Shown here: piece after piece, positions 1-10,122 of the stretch | How the letters are laid out: every line of letters begins with the position of its first letter | How positions within the stretch are numbered: position 1 is the stretch's first letter | NCBI GenBank assembly: GCA_913053845.1 | Contig: CAJXGD010000007.1 | Location: 382 to 64,381, forward strand | Origin: an uncultured bacterium | GTDB lineage: Bacteria > Bipolaricaulota > Bipolaricaulia > RBG-16-55-9 > DRJF01 | Direction of reading: 5' to 3' | Length of the DNA stretch: 64,000 nt | Program-made: the position numbers and the translations under genes | The notes under the pieces: model-generated | Database searches by the model: none | Told to the model about the DNA's origin: nothing | The model's input: the letters and a program-made list of their open reading frames with translations, nothing else

Positions 1-395
1 GCCGCCTGGCCATCGTAGGCGGTGTAGGTCAGATAATAAGTATCGCCGAACTGAACGATGCGGGGGTCCTCCACGCCGCGCCGCTCGTAATCATGCTCCG
101 GAGTAAGCACCGGTTGAGCCAGGCGCTCGAAGTGTAGGCCGTCCCGGCTGCGGGCCAAGCCGATGCGCGAGACCCCTTGGCGGTCCTGCGCGCGGTAGAG
201 CAGATAAATGCTGTGATCCCTGACTATCGCTGCCGGGTTGAAGACCGCACGGCTCTCAAACCCCTGGCCTTGAGGAAGGAGGATAGGATTCCCTGAGTAT
301 TTGATCCAAGACCCTGTAGGGGGAAACATCGGTTGGCCTAGCAACGTTACCAGCATCGTAGCCAGCAACAAGGCGATCAACGCCAAACGAATCAT
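1..395 (-). CDS. GH130-family glycoside phosphorylase/hydrolase (DUF377-like), N-terminal part only; the gene runs off the left edge
   Basis: Not in the ORF track because it is open at the window edge. My minus-strand translation from ATG 395-393 reads MIRLALIALLLATMLVTLLGQPMFPPTGSWIKYSGNPILLPQGQGFESRAVFNPAAIVRDHSIYLLYRAQDRQGVSRIGLARSRDGLHFER...EDPRIVQFGDTYYLTYTAYDG. It has a hydrophobic N-terminus plus the AVFNPA / LYRA / SRIGLA.S.DG..F / EDPR / YYLTYTAY blocks I associate with GH130 propellers. Confidence 0.55.
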   Translation of the reverse strand, partial: MIRLALIALLLATMLVTLLGQPMFPPTGSWIKYSGNPILLPQGQGFESRAVFNPAAIVRDHSIYLLYRAQDRQGVSRIGLARSRDGLHFERLAQPVLTPEHDYERRGVEDPRIVQFGDTYYLTYTAYDGQA

Positions 396-419
396 GGTAG
401 GCCTGCCTTTGCCCCTATA

Positions 420-1499
420 TCAGGAGCTTTTCGTTGCAGATATAAATGAACGGCCTTTCTTGGTGTGACTCCGGCGCTGCTTGCTGCCACAGGAACCACG
501 CACGACCAGTTCCGTAGCCAGTTTGATCTGGACCGCAGGTTGCTCTGGTTCCTCCACGAGCTCGATCAGTCTCTTAGCAGCTGCCCTGCCCATCTGCTCA
601 GCGAACACCCGCATGGTGCTCAAGGGAGGGTCGGTATGTCGCGCGATAGGACCATCATCGAAGCCGACGATAGCCACGTCTTCGGGAACCCGGAGACCGG
701 CCTCTTTAATCACCTGCATCGCCCCGATAGCAGTAGCGTCATTGGCGGCGAAGACCGCAGTGGGAAGCTCGCGGTCCAGCAGGCGCCGCATGGCTATTCG
801 ACCGTACCTGCTGCCATCATCATACCGGTCGTTGGGTTCTTGCACTCCTTCTGCCACTAGCGCTTGTGCATAACTGAGCCCCTGGGCGGCCAGGGCTTGT
901 TTGTAGCCTGTAAAGCGCTCCGCAAAGCTTAAATCGCAGAGCCGTTCGACGATAAACCCGATTCTTTGGTGACCCAACTTCGCCAAGTGGACCACGGCCC
1001 GGTAGGCACCGCCTACGTTGTCAATCACTACGCTGTCTACCTGGGTGTCATTAAGATGGTTATCGACTAAAACAACGGGAATTCCCCTGCCCTTAAGCTT
1101 TAACACTAGATCTTCTTTGAAGTCACAGCCGGCCAGAATCAGGCCATCCACGCGCCGGGTCTGGATGACGCGGGGAAGCGCTTCGGAGCTGTCATTGGTG
1201 GCGAATACCAGGTGGTAGTACTTTTCGCTGGTGACAGCTTCCACACCGGACATGATCTCACCATAAAATGAAGCCGGGCGCAGGGACTGCCGCCGGTTGA
1301 CCAAGAATCCCAGATTCTCTGTTTTATTGAGCACCAATCCTCTGGCAGCACCGTTGGGGAAGTAACCCAACTGTTTGGCGACTTTCAGAATCTGGGCTCG
1401 CCTCTTCTCGCCGACCCCTCCTTTGTGGTTGAGGGCGCGCGAGACGGTCGAGGGAACGGTCCCTACCTGCTTGGCGATGTCCTTGATGGTAACTCTCAT
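420..1499 (-). CDS. LacI-family transcriptional regulator
   Basis: ORF 420..1523. The N-terminal HTH reads MRVTIKDIAKQVGTVPSTVSRALNHKGGVGEKRRAQILKVAKQLGYFPNGAARGL and is followed by a periplasmic-binding-fold sugar domain. The likely start is the internal Met (MRVTIKD) at 1499. Confidence 0.85.
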   Translation of the reverse strand: MRVTIKDIAKQVGTVPSTVSRALNHKGGVGEKRRAQILKVAKQLGYFPNGAARGLVLNKTENLGFLVNRRQSLRPASFYGEIMSGVEAVTSEKYYHLVFATNDSSEALPRVIQTRRVDGLILAGCDFKEDLVLKLKGRGIPVVLVDNHLNDTQVDSVVIDNVGGAYRAVVHLAKLGHQRIGFIVERLCDLSFAERFTGYKQALAAQGLSYAQALVAEGVQEPNDRYDDGSRYGRIAMRRLLDRELPTAVFAANDATAIGAMQVIKEAGLRVPEDVAIVGFDDGPIARHTDPPLSTMRVFAEQMGRAAAKRLIELVEEPEQPAVQIKLATELVVRGSCGSKQRRSHTKKGRSFISATKSS

Positions 1500-1695
1500 T
1501 GGTTCTAGCCCCTGCCAACGCAAACGATTGCTCTATACTATTCTTTATAGCATAGTTATTCCATTTTGTCAAGGGCTTTTAGAACGCAAACGTTTGTTCA
1601 TTAAGTGAACGTACGCGTGGGAAAAGGGATAAGCGCGGTGAGGGCGTTCTACATTGATTGCCGGGTCACTCGACCCACGCTACAATGAAATCATT

Positions 1696-2874
1696 ATGTC
1701 CCAATCGCCTATCACTCCTGCATTGCTAGCACCTCTAGTCAAGCAAGCCCAGCAGGCTCTTCCCCAACTCCGAGCGGATTATCAGCTGCCATCTGGTGAA
1801 AAACTGCCTCTCTACTTCGCCGGGCTCAAAGGGGGACAGCTCCGTTTTGGCTGGTTCGCTCGGGATCTATTGACTTCAGCGCTCATGCTGGATGATCCTG
1901 TCTGGCTGCACTCTACGGCGATCTTTGCCTTGGAGACGCTGGGGGGGGAACAGGACGCCCAGACCGGAGAGGTGCCCGGCCGAGTCATTCACGAGTTCAA
2001 CCGGGTCATCATTCGTGATCAGGACACACGCTATAACGCCGGGGATACAACTGCCTTACTCTTCGTAGTCTTAGGACGCGCCTTAAGACAGGGAAGGATG
2101 CCATTTCTAGAGGACTATCGCCCCCAGCTCGCTTTAGCAGCCGGATATCTATGCTCTTGCATCCAGGATGGCTTGTATTGGGAGGATCCCCGCAGGAGCG
2201 GCGCAGAGCGCTATGCCTTGAAATCAACTTACTGGAAGGATTCTTGGGTGCCTCAGCGCAAAGACGCGGACCCAGATTACCCAGTTGTCTATACATTGGT
2301 GCAGGCTCAAGCGGTGGCCGCGCTGCACGCTGCGGCGCGCCTGGCCGCTGCCGGCTGGCTCACCCAGGATGAGCTAGATTTCGAGGCTTTAGCTCAGGAG
2401 TTGTCCCAAGCCCTCTGGACCAACCTTTGGGATGAACAGACCCGCTTTCCCTTGATCGCTTGGGACCGGCGCGGCCCCATCCCGGGGCTCGCCTCCGATG
2501 GCTTGCATCTGCTAACTTACTTGGAAAGCTCCGAAGTGCCTCCGGACAAACTAGCAGCGCTGGCGGCCGGTGCGGCCTCATTGGCGACAAACTACGGCTA
2601 TCGCACTTATGCGCCCGGTCAGCCAGACTACGATCCGGAGAGCTATCACTGGGGCTCCATCTGGCCCTTTGACAATTTCTTCATCGCCCTGGGAGCAAAG
2701 AAACATAAGTTAGCCAGAATATTCAAAGTCGCTTCTTCTATAGCGAATGGCCTGGTTCAGATGGGCTTTACCGAGCTATGGTACGACCACAATAGCCACC
2801 CCATTCCGGTGGGCTCGGACTTACAGTTATGGTCGGCCCTCGCGCCCCAAGCGTTGCTACGCCTGATTAGCTAA
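1696..2874 (+). CDS. (alpha/alpha)6 glycosidase, amylo-alpha-1,6-glucosidase (GDE_C)-like
   Basis: ORF 1654..2874; the likely start is MSQSPI at 1696. GDE_C-like blocks are ARDLLTSAL, GRVIHEF, YNAGDTTALLFVV, YWKDSW and YHWGSIWPFDN. It is divergent from the LacI gene. Confidence 0.55.
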   Translation: MSQSPITPALLAPLVKQAQQALPQLRADYQLPSGEKLPLYFAGLKGGQLRFGWFARDLLTSALMLDDPVWLHSTAIFALETLGGEQDAQTGEVPGRVIHEFNRVIIRDQDTRYNAGDTTALLFVVLGRALRQGRMPFLEDYRPQLALAAGYLCSCIQDGLYWEDPRRSGAERYALKSTYWKDSWVPQRKDADPDYPVVYTLVQAQAVAALHAAARLAAAGWLTQDELDFEALAQELSQALWTNLWDEQTRFPLIAWDRRGPIPGLASDGLHLLTYLESSEVPPDKLAALAAGAASLATNYGYRTYAPGQPDYDPESYHWGSIWPFDNFFIALGAKKHKLARIFKVASSIANGLVQMGFTELWYDHNSHPIPVGSDLQLWSALAPQALLRLIS

Positions 2875-2949
2875 CTGATCGCTGGGATAGAGGCGAGCTT
2901 GAGAGTGCTGGGGCAGGTGACCGATCCGGTCGTCCACCAGGCAGAAAAG

Positions 2950-2967
2950 TGCTATGATAGAATCAAG
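2950..2967 (+). promoter_or_regulatory. Extended -10-like element TGCTATGATAGAATCAAG (copy 1 of 2)
   Basis: It has a TGnTATGAT extended -10 shape. A 17/18 identical copy lies at 20073-20090. Confidence 0.3.
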
Positions 2968-3110
2968 AGCAGTCATGCCTGGCTCACTAGCCAGAGGTCG
3001 GCCGTGACCGGTAGCTCGAGCAGGTCGTTCCCTAGGAGGCGCGTCGAGAAGAATAACACCTTAAGGGGCCGCTCAGCTCAGGACGGTCGTGGAAGGGACA
3101 ACTCTGGCAC

Positions 3111-3139
3111 TTGTCAAACTGAGCTTGTTGCGTTATAAT
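3111..3139 (+). promoter_or_regulatory. Sigma-70-type promoter upstream of rho
   Basis: TTGTCA (3111-3116), a 17-nt spacer and TATAAT (3134-3139), read directly. It predicts a rho leader of about 170 nt. Confidence 0.5.
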
Positions 3140-3313
3140 AACTTGCTTAGAGTAGTAGTCCTAACCTAGAAGACCAGCTCAATAGACATATCGAGAGGCG
3201 AAAATCTACCACTTCGTGTCCGATCAACAAAGCGTTATTGACCCCAAGATGAGGGCTCTCGACAGGGTATCCATCCCATTCCCGCTTGATTCACAGAGGA
3301 GGTGCCCGTAAGC

Positions 3314-4627
3314 ATGGATATTACAGACCTACGGGCTAAAGATACCAAAGCACTAAAAGCATTAGCTGATCAGTACGACGTTAATGGCCTCTCGCGCATG
3401 AAAAAAGAAGAATTGATCTGGGCCATCTTGGACGCGAGTGCCCGGCGTGAGGGGCTGAGCATCAAGGATGGCGTCTTGGAGGTTTTGCCGGATAATTTCG
3501 GTTTTCTGCGCGATGCTTCCTGTTTGCCGGGTAAGAACGATATCTACGTCTCGCCTTCTCAGATCAAGCGCTTTAGCCTGCGAGACGGTGATGTGGTGCG
3601 CGGCACCGTCCGGCGGCCTAAATCCGATGAGAAGTATTTCGCCCTGCTCAAGGTGCAACAGATCAATTTTCAAGACCCCAATGCGGTGCGCCATCGCAGC
3701 GATTTTGGCGATCTGACGCCCTATCACCCCACCGAACAGCTCAAGCTGGGCTATGATCCCGAAGAATACTCTACACGGATCATAGATTTGTTCGCCCCCA
3801 TCGGCAAGGGACAGCGCGGCCTGATCGTCTCTCCTCCCAAGGCGGGCAAGACGACCCTGCTGAAAAATCTGGCCCACGGCATCATGGCCAATCATCCGAC
3901 CATCAAGCTGATCGTGCTCCTGGTGGACGAGCGCCCCGAAGAGGTCACCGATTTCAAGCTCTCACTGCAAAATGGCCCCCATGACCCGCGCTACCAGCCG
4001 GAGGTGGTGGCAGCAACCTTCGATCAAAAGCCGGAGATTCACACCCATATCACCGAGTTGGTCATCGCCAAGGCCAAACGGCTGGTGGAGCATGAGTTCG
4101 ATGTGGTCATCCTGATGGACAGCATCACCCGCCTGGCCCGAGCCTATAACTTATCTATCACCCCCAGCGGCAAGTTGCTCTCTGGTGGCATTGACCCCAC
4201 GGCGCTCTATAAGCCCAAGGAGTTCTTCGGCGCGGCGCGCAACCTGGTAGATCTGAGCGCCGAGCGCGATGAGCGCGACCTGCCCCGCACCTGTGGCAGC
4301 TTGACCATCATCGGCACCGCGCTGGTGGACACCGGCAGCCGGCTGGACAGCGTAGTCTTCGAGGAGTTCAAAGGCACCGGCAATATGGAACTGATCCTCG
4401 ATCGTGGTCTGTCCAACAAGCGCATCTTCCCGGCCATAGATCTGGAACTGACCGGCACCCGCAAGGAAGAGCTCCTGCTAGATAAGCAGACCCTGCGCAA
4501 GGTCTGGATTCTGCGCAAGATGATCAGCGGTAGCAAGGACAAACAGGACGCCTTGGAATATATCATCAATGGCATGAGGAAGACTGAGAATAATGAGCAA
4601 TTTCTGGAATTGATGAAGAATGAATGA
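3314..4627 (+). CDS. rho: Transcription termination factor Rho
   Basis: ORF 3302..4627. It has the Rho_N helix bundle (MDITDLRAKDTKALKALADQYDVNGLSRMKKEELIWAILD), a cold-shock-like RNA-binding domain and Walker A GQRGLIVSPPKAGKTTLL. ATG 3314 sits 12 nt after GAGGAGG, so I prefer it over GTG 3302. Confidence 0.95.
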   Translation: MDITDLRAKDTKALKALADQYDVNGLSRMKKEELIWAILDASARREGLSIKDGVLEVLPDNFGFLRDASCLPGKNDIYVSPSQIKRFSLRDGDVVRGTVRRPKSDEKYFALLKVQQINFQDPNAVRHRSDFGDLTPYHPTEQLKLGYDPEEYSTRIIDLFAPIGKGQRGLIVSPPKAGKTTLLKNLAHGIMANHPTIKLIVLLVDERPEEVTDFKLSLQNGPHDPRYQPEVVAATFDQKPEIHTHITELVIAKAKRLVEHEFDVVILMDSITRLARAYNLSITPSGKLLSGGIDPTALYKPKEFFGAARNLVDLSAERDERDLPRTCGSLTIIGTALVDTGSRLDSVVFEEFKGTGNMELILDRGLSNKRIFPAIDLELTGTRKEELLLDKQTLRKVWILRKMISGSKDKQDALEYIINGMRKTENNEQFLELMKNE

Positions 4628-4678
4628 GCGGCAACTCTCCCCGGCACCGGCCGGCTCTCGGCGCTGATCCTCTACCCA

Positions 4679-5938
4679 TTGGCTATGCACCGGCTGTGCA
4701 TCCGAGGTGGCCGGCCCCTGCGGGGCAGGTTGCAGGTCGAAGGGGCCAAGAACAGCGCCCTCAAGCTCTTGGTGGCCTCCTTGCTCACCGAGGAAGAGTT
4801 GCTGTTAGAAAATGTCCCGGAGAACCAGGACGTGCGCACCATGACCGGGATGCTCCGGGCGCTGGGCCAGAGGGTGGATCATCTTGCCCCTGGCCGGTAT
4901 CGCCTCTCTGGAAGCGGTGAGCTGCTCGGCAGAGCTCCTTACGAGCTGGTCCGACTCATGCGGGACTCTTTCACCGTGCTGGGCCCACTGCTGGCCCGCC
5001 TGGGCCGCGCCGAGGTGCCGCTGCCCGGCGGCTGCAATCTGGGTCCCCGCCCAGTCAATTTTCACCTGTCAGGTCTGCGGGCGCTGGGAGCTCAGATCGA
5101 GTTGGTCGGCGGGGTGGTCCAGGCCAGCGCCAGGCGCCTGCATGGCGCCGAGATTCGGCTTGATTACCCCTCGGTGGGGGCGACCGCCCATCTGCTGATG
5201 ACCGCGGCCCTGATCCCGGAGCGCACGCTGATTCAAGGGGCTGCCCAGGAGCCGGAGATTACCGATCTGATCCAGTTGCTGGGCCGGATGGGTGCGGCGG
5301 CGCGGCGGGTGGGCCAGGCGATAGAGATTCGCGGAGCCACCAGACTAGGGGGCGCGCGGCAGCGGGTGATCCCCGATCGGGTGCAGGCCGGCAGCTATGC
5401 GCTGGCCGCGGCGATCAGCGGCGGGGAGCTGAGCATTGGCTGTCGGCCGGATCATCTGCGTTCTCTGATCGGCGAGTTGCGCCAACTGGGCATGACCATC
5501 TCCGAAGAACCGGAGGCTTTGCGCGTGCGTGGCGGCCCCTTGTGCCGTAGTCTCAGCCTGGAGACGCGGCCTTACCCCGGCTTTGCCACCGACTTCCAGC
5601 CCCAGATGACCGCCCTGCTCAGCCTGGCTCCTGGGGAGAGCCGGCTGCGGGAGACGGTCTTTCCCAGTCGCTTCGGCCACGTCCCAGAGTTGCTGCGCTT
5701 GGGGGCCGATATCAGCGCGCACGGTGATACCCTATTGATCCGAGGGGTCGAGCAATTGCAGGGCGCGCGGGTGCGGGTGAGCTCCATCTGCGCCGGTGAG
5801 GCGTTGGTGCTGGCCGCTCTGGCCGCCCGCGGCGAGACGATCATCGAGGATGAGGGGCATTTGCAGCGACGCTACAACCATTTGGCCCGGCAGTTGGCCG
5901 CGTTAGGAGCCGATGTCTCGTACAAAAACGAAGCTTAA
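4679..5938 (+). CDS. murA: UDP-N-acetylglucosamine 1-carboxyvinyltransferase
   Basis: Blocks [15 protein letters not shown] and [14 protein letters not shown] (active-site Cys loop), 419 aa, full-length MurA architecture. Confidence 0.9.
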   Translation: MAMHRLCIRGGRPLRGRLQVEGAKNSALKLLVASLLTEEELLLENVPENQDVRTMTGMLRALGQRVDHLAPGRYRLSGSGELLGRAPYELVRLMRDSFTVLGPLLARLGRAEVPLPGGCNLGPRPVNFHLSGLRALGAQIELVGGVVQASARRLHGAEIRLDYPSVGATAHLLMTAALIPERTLIQGAAQEPEITDLIQLLGRMGAAARRVGQAIEIRGATRLGGARQRVIPDRVQAGSYALAAAISGGELSIGCRPDHLRSLIGELRQLGMTISEEPEALRVRGGPLCRSLSLETRPYPGFATDFQPQMTALLSLAPGESRLRETVFPSRFGHVPELLRLGADISAHGDTLLIRGVEQLQGARVRVSSICAGEALVLAALAARGETIIEDEGHLQRRYNHLARQLAALGADVSYKNEA

Positions 5939-7304
5939 GCCCAGCGGGTCGCTCAGCGAAGATCGCGCCGGCAAGCGTGCCCGACTTTACGGGAAAGAGA
6001 AGGCCATTCTGGTCGGCCTGGAGCTGGGCCGCCAGGGCGACTGGCGCGAGCTGGAGTCGCTGGAGGAGCTGCGGGCACTCAGCCGCACCGCCGGGATAGC
6101 TGTCCTGCGGGTGCTGCGCCAAAGGCGGGTGCGGCCGGACCCGGCCTACTTCATCGGCAAGGGCAAGGCCGAGCAGCTCAGAGAGTTGGCCCAAGAGAGT
6201 GAGGCTCAGGCGATCATCTTCGATGAATCGCTCAGCCCGGCTCAAGGGCGCAACCTCGAAGAGGCCATCGGGGTCAAGATCATCGACCGGACCCAGCTGA
6301 TCATGGACATCTTCGCCCAGCGGGCCCAGAGCGTGGAGGCCAAGTTGCAGGTCGAACTGGCCCAGTTGCAATATCTGCTGCCCCGTCTGCGCGGCTGGGG
6401 GGAGGCGCTCAGCCGGCTGGGTGGCGGCATAGGCACCCGTGGCCCCGGCGAGATGAAGCTGGAGATGGAGCGGCAGACGATCCGCCGCCGCATCCGCTTG
6501 ATCGGGGAGCGGCTGGGCCGGGCCGAGCGCCAGCGGGCCGAGCGCCGGCGGCGCCGCGTGCGGGCGGCCATCCCGCAGATCGTGCTCATTGGCTATACGA
6601 ATAGCGGGAAATCCACCCTGCTCAATCGCCTGTGTGGCGCCAAGGCCGTCGTTGCCGACCGGCTCTTTGCCACGCTCGATCCCTTGGTGCGCCGAGCCCG
6701 ACTGCCCGATCATCGTCGGGTGACTTTTATTGACACCGTCGGCCTGATCCGCAAGCTTCCTCCGCAACTGGTCCCGGCTTTCCATTCGACCTTGGAGGCA
6801 GTGCGCCAGGCCGACCTGCTGTTGGGCGTGCTGGATGGCTCCTCCGAGGGGCTGGCCGTGCAACTGGAGACCATCCGGGCCACTCTGGCCGAGCTCTTCG
6901 GCCAGGAGCCCTGGCCACCGCTGATCCATCTGCTCAACAAGATCGACCGGATCAGCGAACCGGAACAGCGTCGGCGCTTGGAGCTCTTTCGCTATCGGTT
7001 GCCCCAGGCCCTGCCGCTCTCGGCGCTCACCGGCGAGCAGATGGAACAGCTCTGGGAGCAGATCGCTCGGGGCTTGGGTCAGCGGCTGCGGCTAGTCGAG
7101 CTCGAAATCCCCTACCGGCAGGCTTGGCTGATCGAACGGCTGCACCGCTGGGGCGAGGTCACCGCCGAGCGATACGGCGACGAAGGGGTCACCATCGAAG
7201 CGTTGCTAGAGCGTCGCAGCCTGGCCGAATTGCAGCGCGCCCTGAGCCAAGCTCCAGAGGGAGACTCAGGCGTGCTGCTCACCTGGAGGGAGAGCAGAGC
7301 TTAA
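5913..7304 (+). CDS. hflX: GTPase HflX
   Basis: HflX N-domain [37 protein letters not shown] and G1 motif [14 protein letters not shown]. It overlaps the murA 3' end by 26 nt. Confidence 0.9.
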   Translation: MSRTKTKLKPSGSLSEDRAGKRARLYGKEKAILVGLELGRQGDWRELESLEELRALSRTAGIAVLRVLRQRRVRPDPAYFIGKGKAEQLRELAQESEAQAIIFDESLSPAQGRNLEEAIGVKIIDRTQLIMDIFAQRAQSVEAKLQVELAQLQYLLPRLRGWGEALSRLGGGIGTRGPGEMKLEMERQTIRRRIRLIGERLGRAERQRAERRRRRVRAAIPQIVLIGYTNSGKSTLLNRLCGAKAVVADRLFATLDPLVRRARLPDHRRVTFIDTVGLIRKLPPQLVPAFHSTLEAVRQADLLLGVLDGSSEGLAVQLETIRATLAELFGQEPWPPLIHLLNKIDRISEPEQRRRLELFRYRLPQALPLSALTGEQMEQLWEQIARGLGQRLRLVELEIPYRQAWLIERLHRWGEVTAERYGDEGVTIEALLERRSLAELQRALSQAPEGDSGVLLTWRESRA

Positions 7305-8322
7305 AGAGCAGCGCCTCCACCCAGAGCTGGCGGTTGGCGTTGCTCTCGAAGTCGGTCCGGCTCAGCTCCAGCTCGGCGATCAGCTTGGGTAGCTCTGCTG
7401 CAGAGCGCCGGCCCTCACCCAGCGCTCGCTCCAGCTCGGGCAGGCGATCGCAGTTCCAGATGAGCTCGGTCCGGCCGTAGCTCAGCAGCAATAGGTCGCG
7501 CTGCCAGGCCAGCAGCTCCTCCAGCCAGTAGCCCAAGGCCTCTGGGAGCAGCTTGCTCAAGGCCAGGGCGATCTCTAACAGCTCATGGGTCGCCAGGCCG
7601 GGCAGCCGGCTGAGCAGTGCCAACGCCGCCTCGCGCTGGCGCGGGGGCACCTCGTCCGGGGAAAGCTTCTGCACCAGTGCTGGGCCGTCCAGCTCGGCCA
7701 ACTCGCTCTGGGCTTGCTGCACCTGCTCCAGCAGCTCGCCGGGTAATGGCTGGCCGGGGGAGAAGCGCTCCAACCGCTCCGGGCGATCTTGCAGGAAAGC
7801 CATCAGCCAACCTAGCTCTTCACTGCTGAAGCCACGCTGGGCCAGTTGCCGGGTCAGCTCGGCGCGGCTCAAGTGGGGCAGCTTGATGATCTGGCAGCGG
7901 GAGATGATCGTGGGCAGCAGGCGCGGGCGGGCGGTCAGCAGGAGGAAGGTCAGATAGGGCGGAGGGGCTTCCAGTAGCTTGAGCAGACTGTTGGCCGCCT
8001 CCAGGCTGAGCGCTTCGGCCTCCTCGATCAGGTAGATCTTGCGTGCGGACTCGCTGGGCGGGTAGAGCGCATCGCGCTGCAGCCGGCGGATCTGCTCGAT
8101 GCCGATGCGCTTATTGCCCTTGCGTAGCCAGCGGACATCCGGATGGGAGTCGCGGTCCAGCTTACGACAGGTGGGACAGTGGCCGCATGAGCCTGAGGGG
8201 CAGTATAAACGCCGCAAGAAGACCCTGGTGCTCTGGACGGCGCTGGCACCGATCAGCAGATAAGCATGGCTTAAACGGCCTTGAGCCAGGGCGGTCTCCA
8301 GCAATTCTGGGGCGAGGGGCAT
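7279..8322 (-). CDS. holB: DNA polymerase III delta-prime subunit
   Basis: Blocks [10 protein letters not shown], zinc module [10 protein letters not shown] and [10 protein letters not shown] (SRC-like box region). It overlaps hflX convergently by 26 nt. Confidence 0.8.
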   Translation of the reverse strand: MPLAPELLETALAQGRLSHAYLLIGASAVQSTRVFLRRLYCPSGSCGHCPTCRKLDRDSHPDVRWLRKGNKRIGIEQIRRLQRDALYPPSESARKIYLIEEAEALSLEAANSLLKLLEAPPPYLTFLLLTARPRLLPTIISRCQIIKLPHLSRAELTRQLAQRGFSSEELGWLMAFLQDRPERLERFSPGQPLPGELLEQVQQAQSELAELDGPALVQKLSPDEVPPRQREAALALLSRLPGLATHELLEIALALSKLLPEALGYWLEELLAWQRDLLLLSYGRTELIWNCDRLPELERALGEGRRSAAELPKLIAELELSRTDFESNANRQLWVEALLFKLCSPSR

Positions 8323-8346
8323 GGCTGGCCGCGCAAACTGCAGCGT

Positions 8347-9036
8347 CTAGCTGCGCCGCCCGCCCAGGAAGATCATCACGAAGTAGAGCAGGTTGAGCAC
8401 CGCCGAGGCGGCAGCGGCCACATAGGTCAGGGCGGCGGCATTGAGCACCTGGCCCACGGCAGCCAACTCCTGATCGCTGCTCACCGCACCGGACTGGCGC
8501 AATAGCACCAGCGCGCGGCGGCTGGCGTTGAACTCGACCGGCAAAGTGACCAAGGAGAAGAGCACCGCCAGCGAATAGCCCAAGATGGCCAGCAGCATCA
8601 ACGGCCCAAAGAATTTGGGGATGAAGAAGCCGGCCAGCAGCAGGGGAAAGGCCAGTTGACTGCCGAAGTTGGCCGCGGGCACGATGGCCGAGCGCCAGAC
8701 CAAGGGGCGATAGTTGGCCGCATCCTGCAGGGCGTGGCCTGCCTCGTGGGCCGCGATGCCGATGTCGGCCAGCGAGCGGCTCTCCGGTTGAGAGAGGCGC
8801 AGGACCTTTTGGCGCGGGTCATAATGATCGGTCAATTTACCCTGGATGGCCTCGATGGCCACCGGTTGAGGCAGAGTGGCCAGGATGCGCCGGGCCGTCT
8901 CCCGCGCCGTCAGCCCGGAGGAGGCCGCGACCTGGGAGTAGCGTTTGTAAGTGCTCTTGACCTTTGCTTGCGCATAGAAGGCCAGCAAGATCGCTGGGCC
9001 TACGATGATCAGCCACATCGGATCGAAGAAGAACAT
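8347..9036 (-). CDS. Membrane zinc metallopeptidase (Zn_peptidase_2 / YugP-like)
   Basis: N-terminus MFFFDPMWLIIVGPAILLAFYAQAKVKSTYKRYS, an HEAGHALQ zinc motif and C-terminal TM helices. Confidence 0.8.
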   Translation of the reverse strand: MFFFDPMWLIIVGPAILLAFYAQAKVKSTYKRYSQVAASSGLTARETARRILATLPQPVAIEAIQGKLTDHYDPRQKVLRLSQPESRSLADIGIAAHEAGHALQDAANYRPLVWRSAIVPAANFGSQLAFPLLLAGFFIPKFFGPLMLLAILGYSLAVLFSLVTLPVEFNASRRALVLLRQSGAVSSDQELAAVGQVLNAAALTYVAAAASAVLNLLYFVMIFLGGRRS

Positions 9037-9074
9037 AGTTTGTATCTCACCTCAACTTCCAACGGCTACGCTGT

Positions 9075-9103
9075 ATTCTACCGGCTAGAGCGGCGGCCTG
9101 CAA
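9075..9103 (-). promoter_or_regulatory. Putative promoter for the zinc-peptidase gene
   Basis: On the minus strand: TTGCAG (9103-9098), a 17-nt spacer and TAGAAT (9080-9075), about 40 nt upstream of ATG 9036. Confidence 0.4.
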
Positions 9104-9385
9104 ACCCTTCCCCCTTAGTCTTGGTGGGCTTCGCAGCCAGCCACTAAGCTGGAAGGGAAGCTATGATCCTCAAACTGGAGAGGCGCCAGTGCTCCTTGCT
9201 CTTGACAGAATGACCCAAATAACACATATTATTTGTATAAAGCATATATCTAATAGCATATTAGGCGACGGAAAGGGCGGCTTCCCTTATGACGAATGGG
9301 GCATTCGCCTGGGCAAGCTGCCTCACTGGGTTGCGGTAGGGGATGTCAACGGAGATGGGCATATGGGCATGTTGCTCTGTGGAAC

Positions 9386-10063
9386 TCAGTTTCCAGCTTC
9401 CACCCTCCCATCCTTGAGTCGGACCGCGCGCTCGCCGTAGCCGGCCGCTGCCGGGTCGTGCGTTACTAACACGACCGTCCGTCCCTCCCCATGCAGCTCC
9501 TGGAGTAAGGCTAGCACCTGAGCGCCCACCTGAGAGTCCAGATTGCCGGTGGGCTCATCTGCCAGGATGATCGGTGGATCGTTCGCCAGCGCGCGGGCGA
9601 GCGCCACCCGCTGCTGCTCCCCTCCGGAGAGCTCTGTCGGCTTGTGCTCCGCCCGTTCGGCCAACCCAACTCGCCTGAGCAACTGCCGGGCTCGCTCGCG
9701 CCTGATTCGCCGGGGAACTCCACGCAAGAGCAGCGGTAACTCCACGTTCTCTGCCGCGCTCAGCGGCGAGATCAAGTTGAAGGTCTGGAAGAGGAAACCC
9801 ACCCGCTCGCTGCGCCAACGGGCTAGGTGATCTTCGCTGAAGCCGGTCAGGTCCTGGTCTCCCCAGCATATTCGCCCGGCAGAAGGTCGATCCAGCCCAC
9901 CTAGGAGCGCCAGCAAAGTAGACTTGCCGGAGCCAGAAGGCCCCATGATGGCCAGAAATTCGCCGGTGGCGATCTCCAGGTCCAGACCGCGCAGTGCCGG
10001 TACCAGCGAGCGGCCTACCGAGTAAATTTTCCTGACCCCTTCAAGTTTGAATCCCAATTTCAT
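9386..10063 (-). CDS. ABC transporter ATP-binding protein (MacB/LolD/FtsE-like), orphan
   Basis: ORF 9386..10108; the likely start is MKLGFKLEG at 10063. It has Walker [10 protein letters not shown], signature [14 protein letters not shown] and Walker [12 protein letters not shown]. No permease gene is adjacent. Confidence 0.85.
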   Translation of the reverse strand: MKLGFKLEGVRKIYSVGRSLVPALRGLDLEIATGEFLAIMGPSGSGKSTLLALLGGLDRPSAGRICWGDQDLTGFSEDHLARWRSERVGFLFQTFNLISPLSAAENVELPLLLRGVPRRIRRERARQLLRRVGLAERAEHKPTELSGGEQQRVALARALANDPPIILADEPTGNLDSQVGAQVLALLQELHGEGRTVVLVTHDPAAAGYGERAVRLKDGRVEAGN

Positions 10064-10122
10064 CGCTTCTTCACTTTCGTCGGCTAAACTGTTATGATTA
10101 TACTCCAAATAGCCAGACCGAG

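Noticed and set aside
2899-3138. 79-aa ORF in the GDE-rho intergenic region. I also asked whether 2950-3110 is an SRP, 6S, tmRNA or RNase P gene.
   Set aside because: The ORF has no Shine-Dalgarno and an Arg/Ser-rich product. I found none of the conserved cores I know: no SRP GGAA-tetraloop/AGCAGC helix-8 motif, no RNase P GAGGAAAGTCC, and no tmRNA tag frame. I kept only the promoter and leader interpretation.
5841-6929. 362-aa minus-strand ORF antisense to hflX. Similar long antisense or alternative-frame ORFs occur at 10174-10731, 16082-16819, 27142-27954, 28131-28964, 32794-33618, 34844-35587, 37801-38985, 42795-43643 and 47276-48052.
   Set aside because: Each is fully overlapped by a gene with unmistakable conserved motifs in another frame. 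Their translations are Arg/Ala/Gly/Pro-rich and low in complexity, as expected from stop-codon depletion in high-G+C DNA.
9189-9440. 83-aa ORF in the spacer downstream of the ABC ATPase, containing a DVNGDGH (FG-GAP-like) snippet.
   Set aside because: It starts inside the AT-rich spacer with no Shine-Dalgarno and runs into the antisense of the ATPase 3' end. A single short motif is not enough evidence, so it is probably chance or, at best, a gene remnant.
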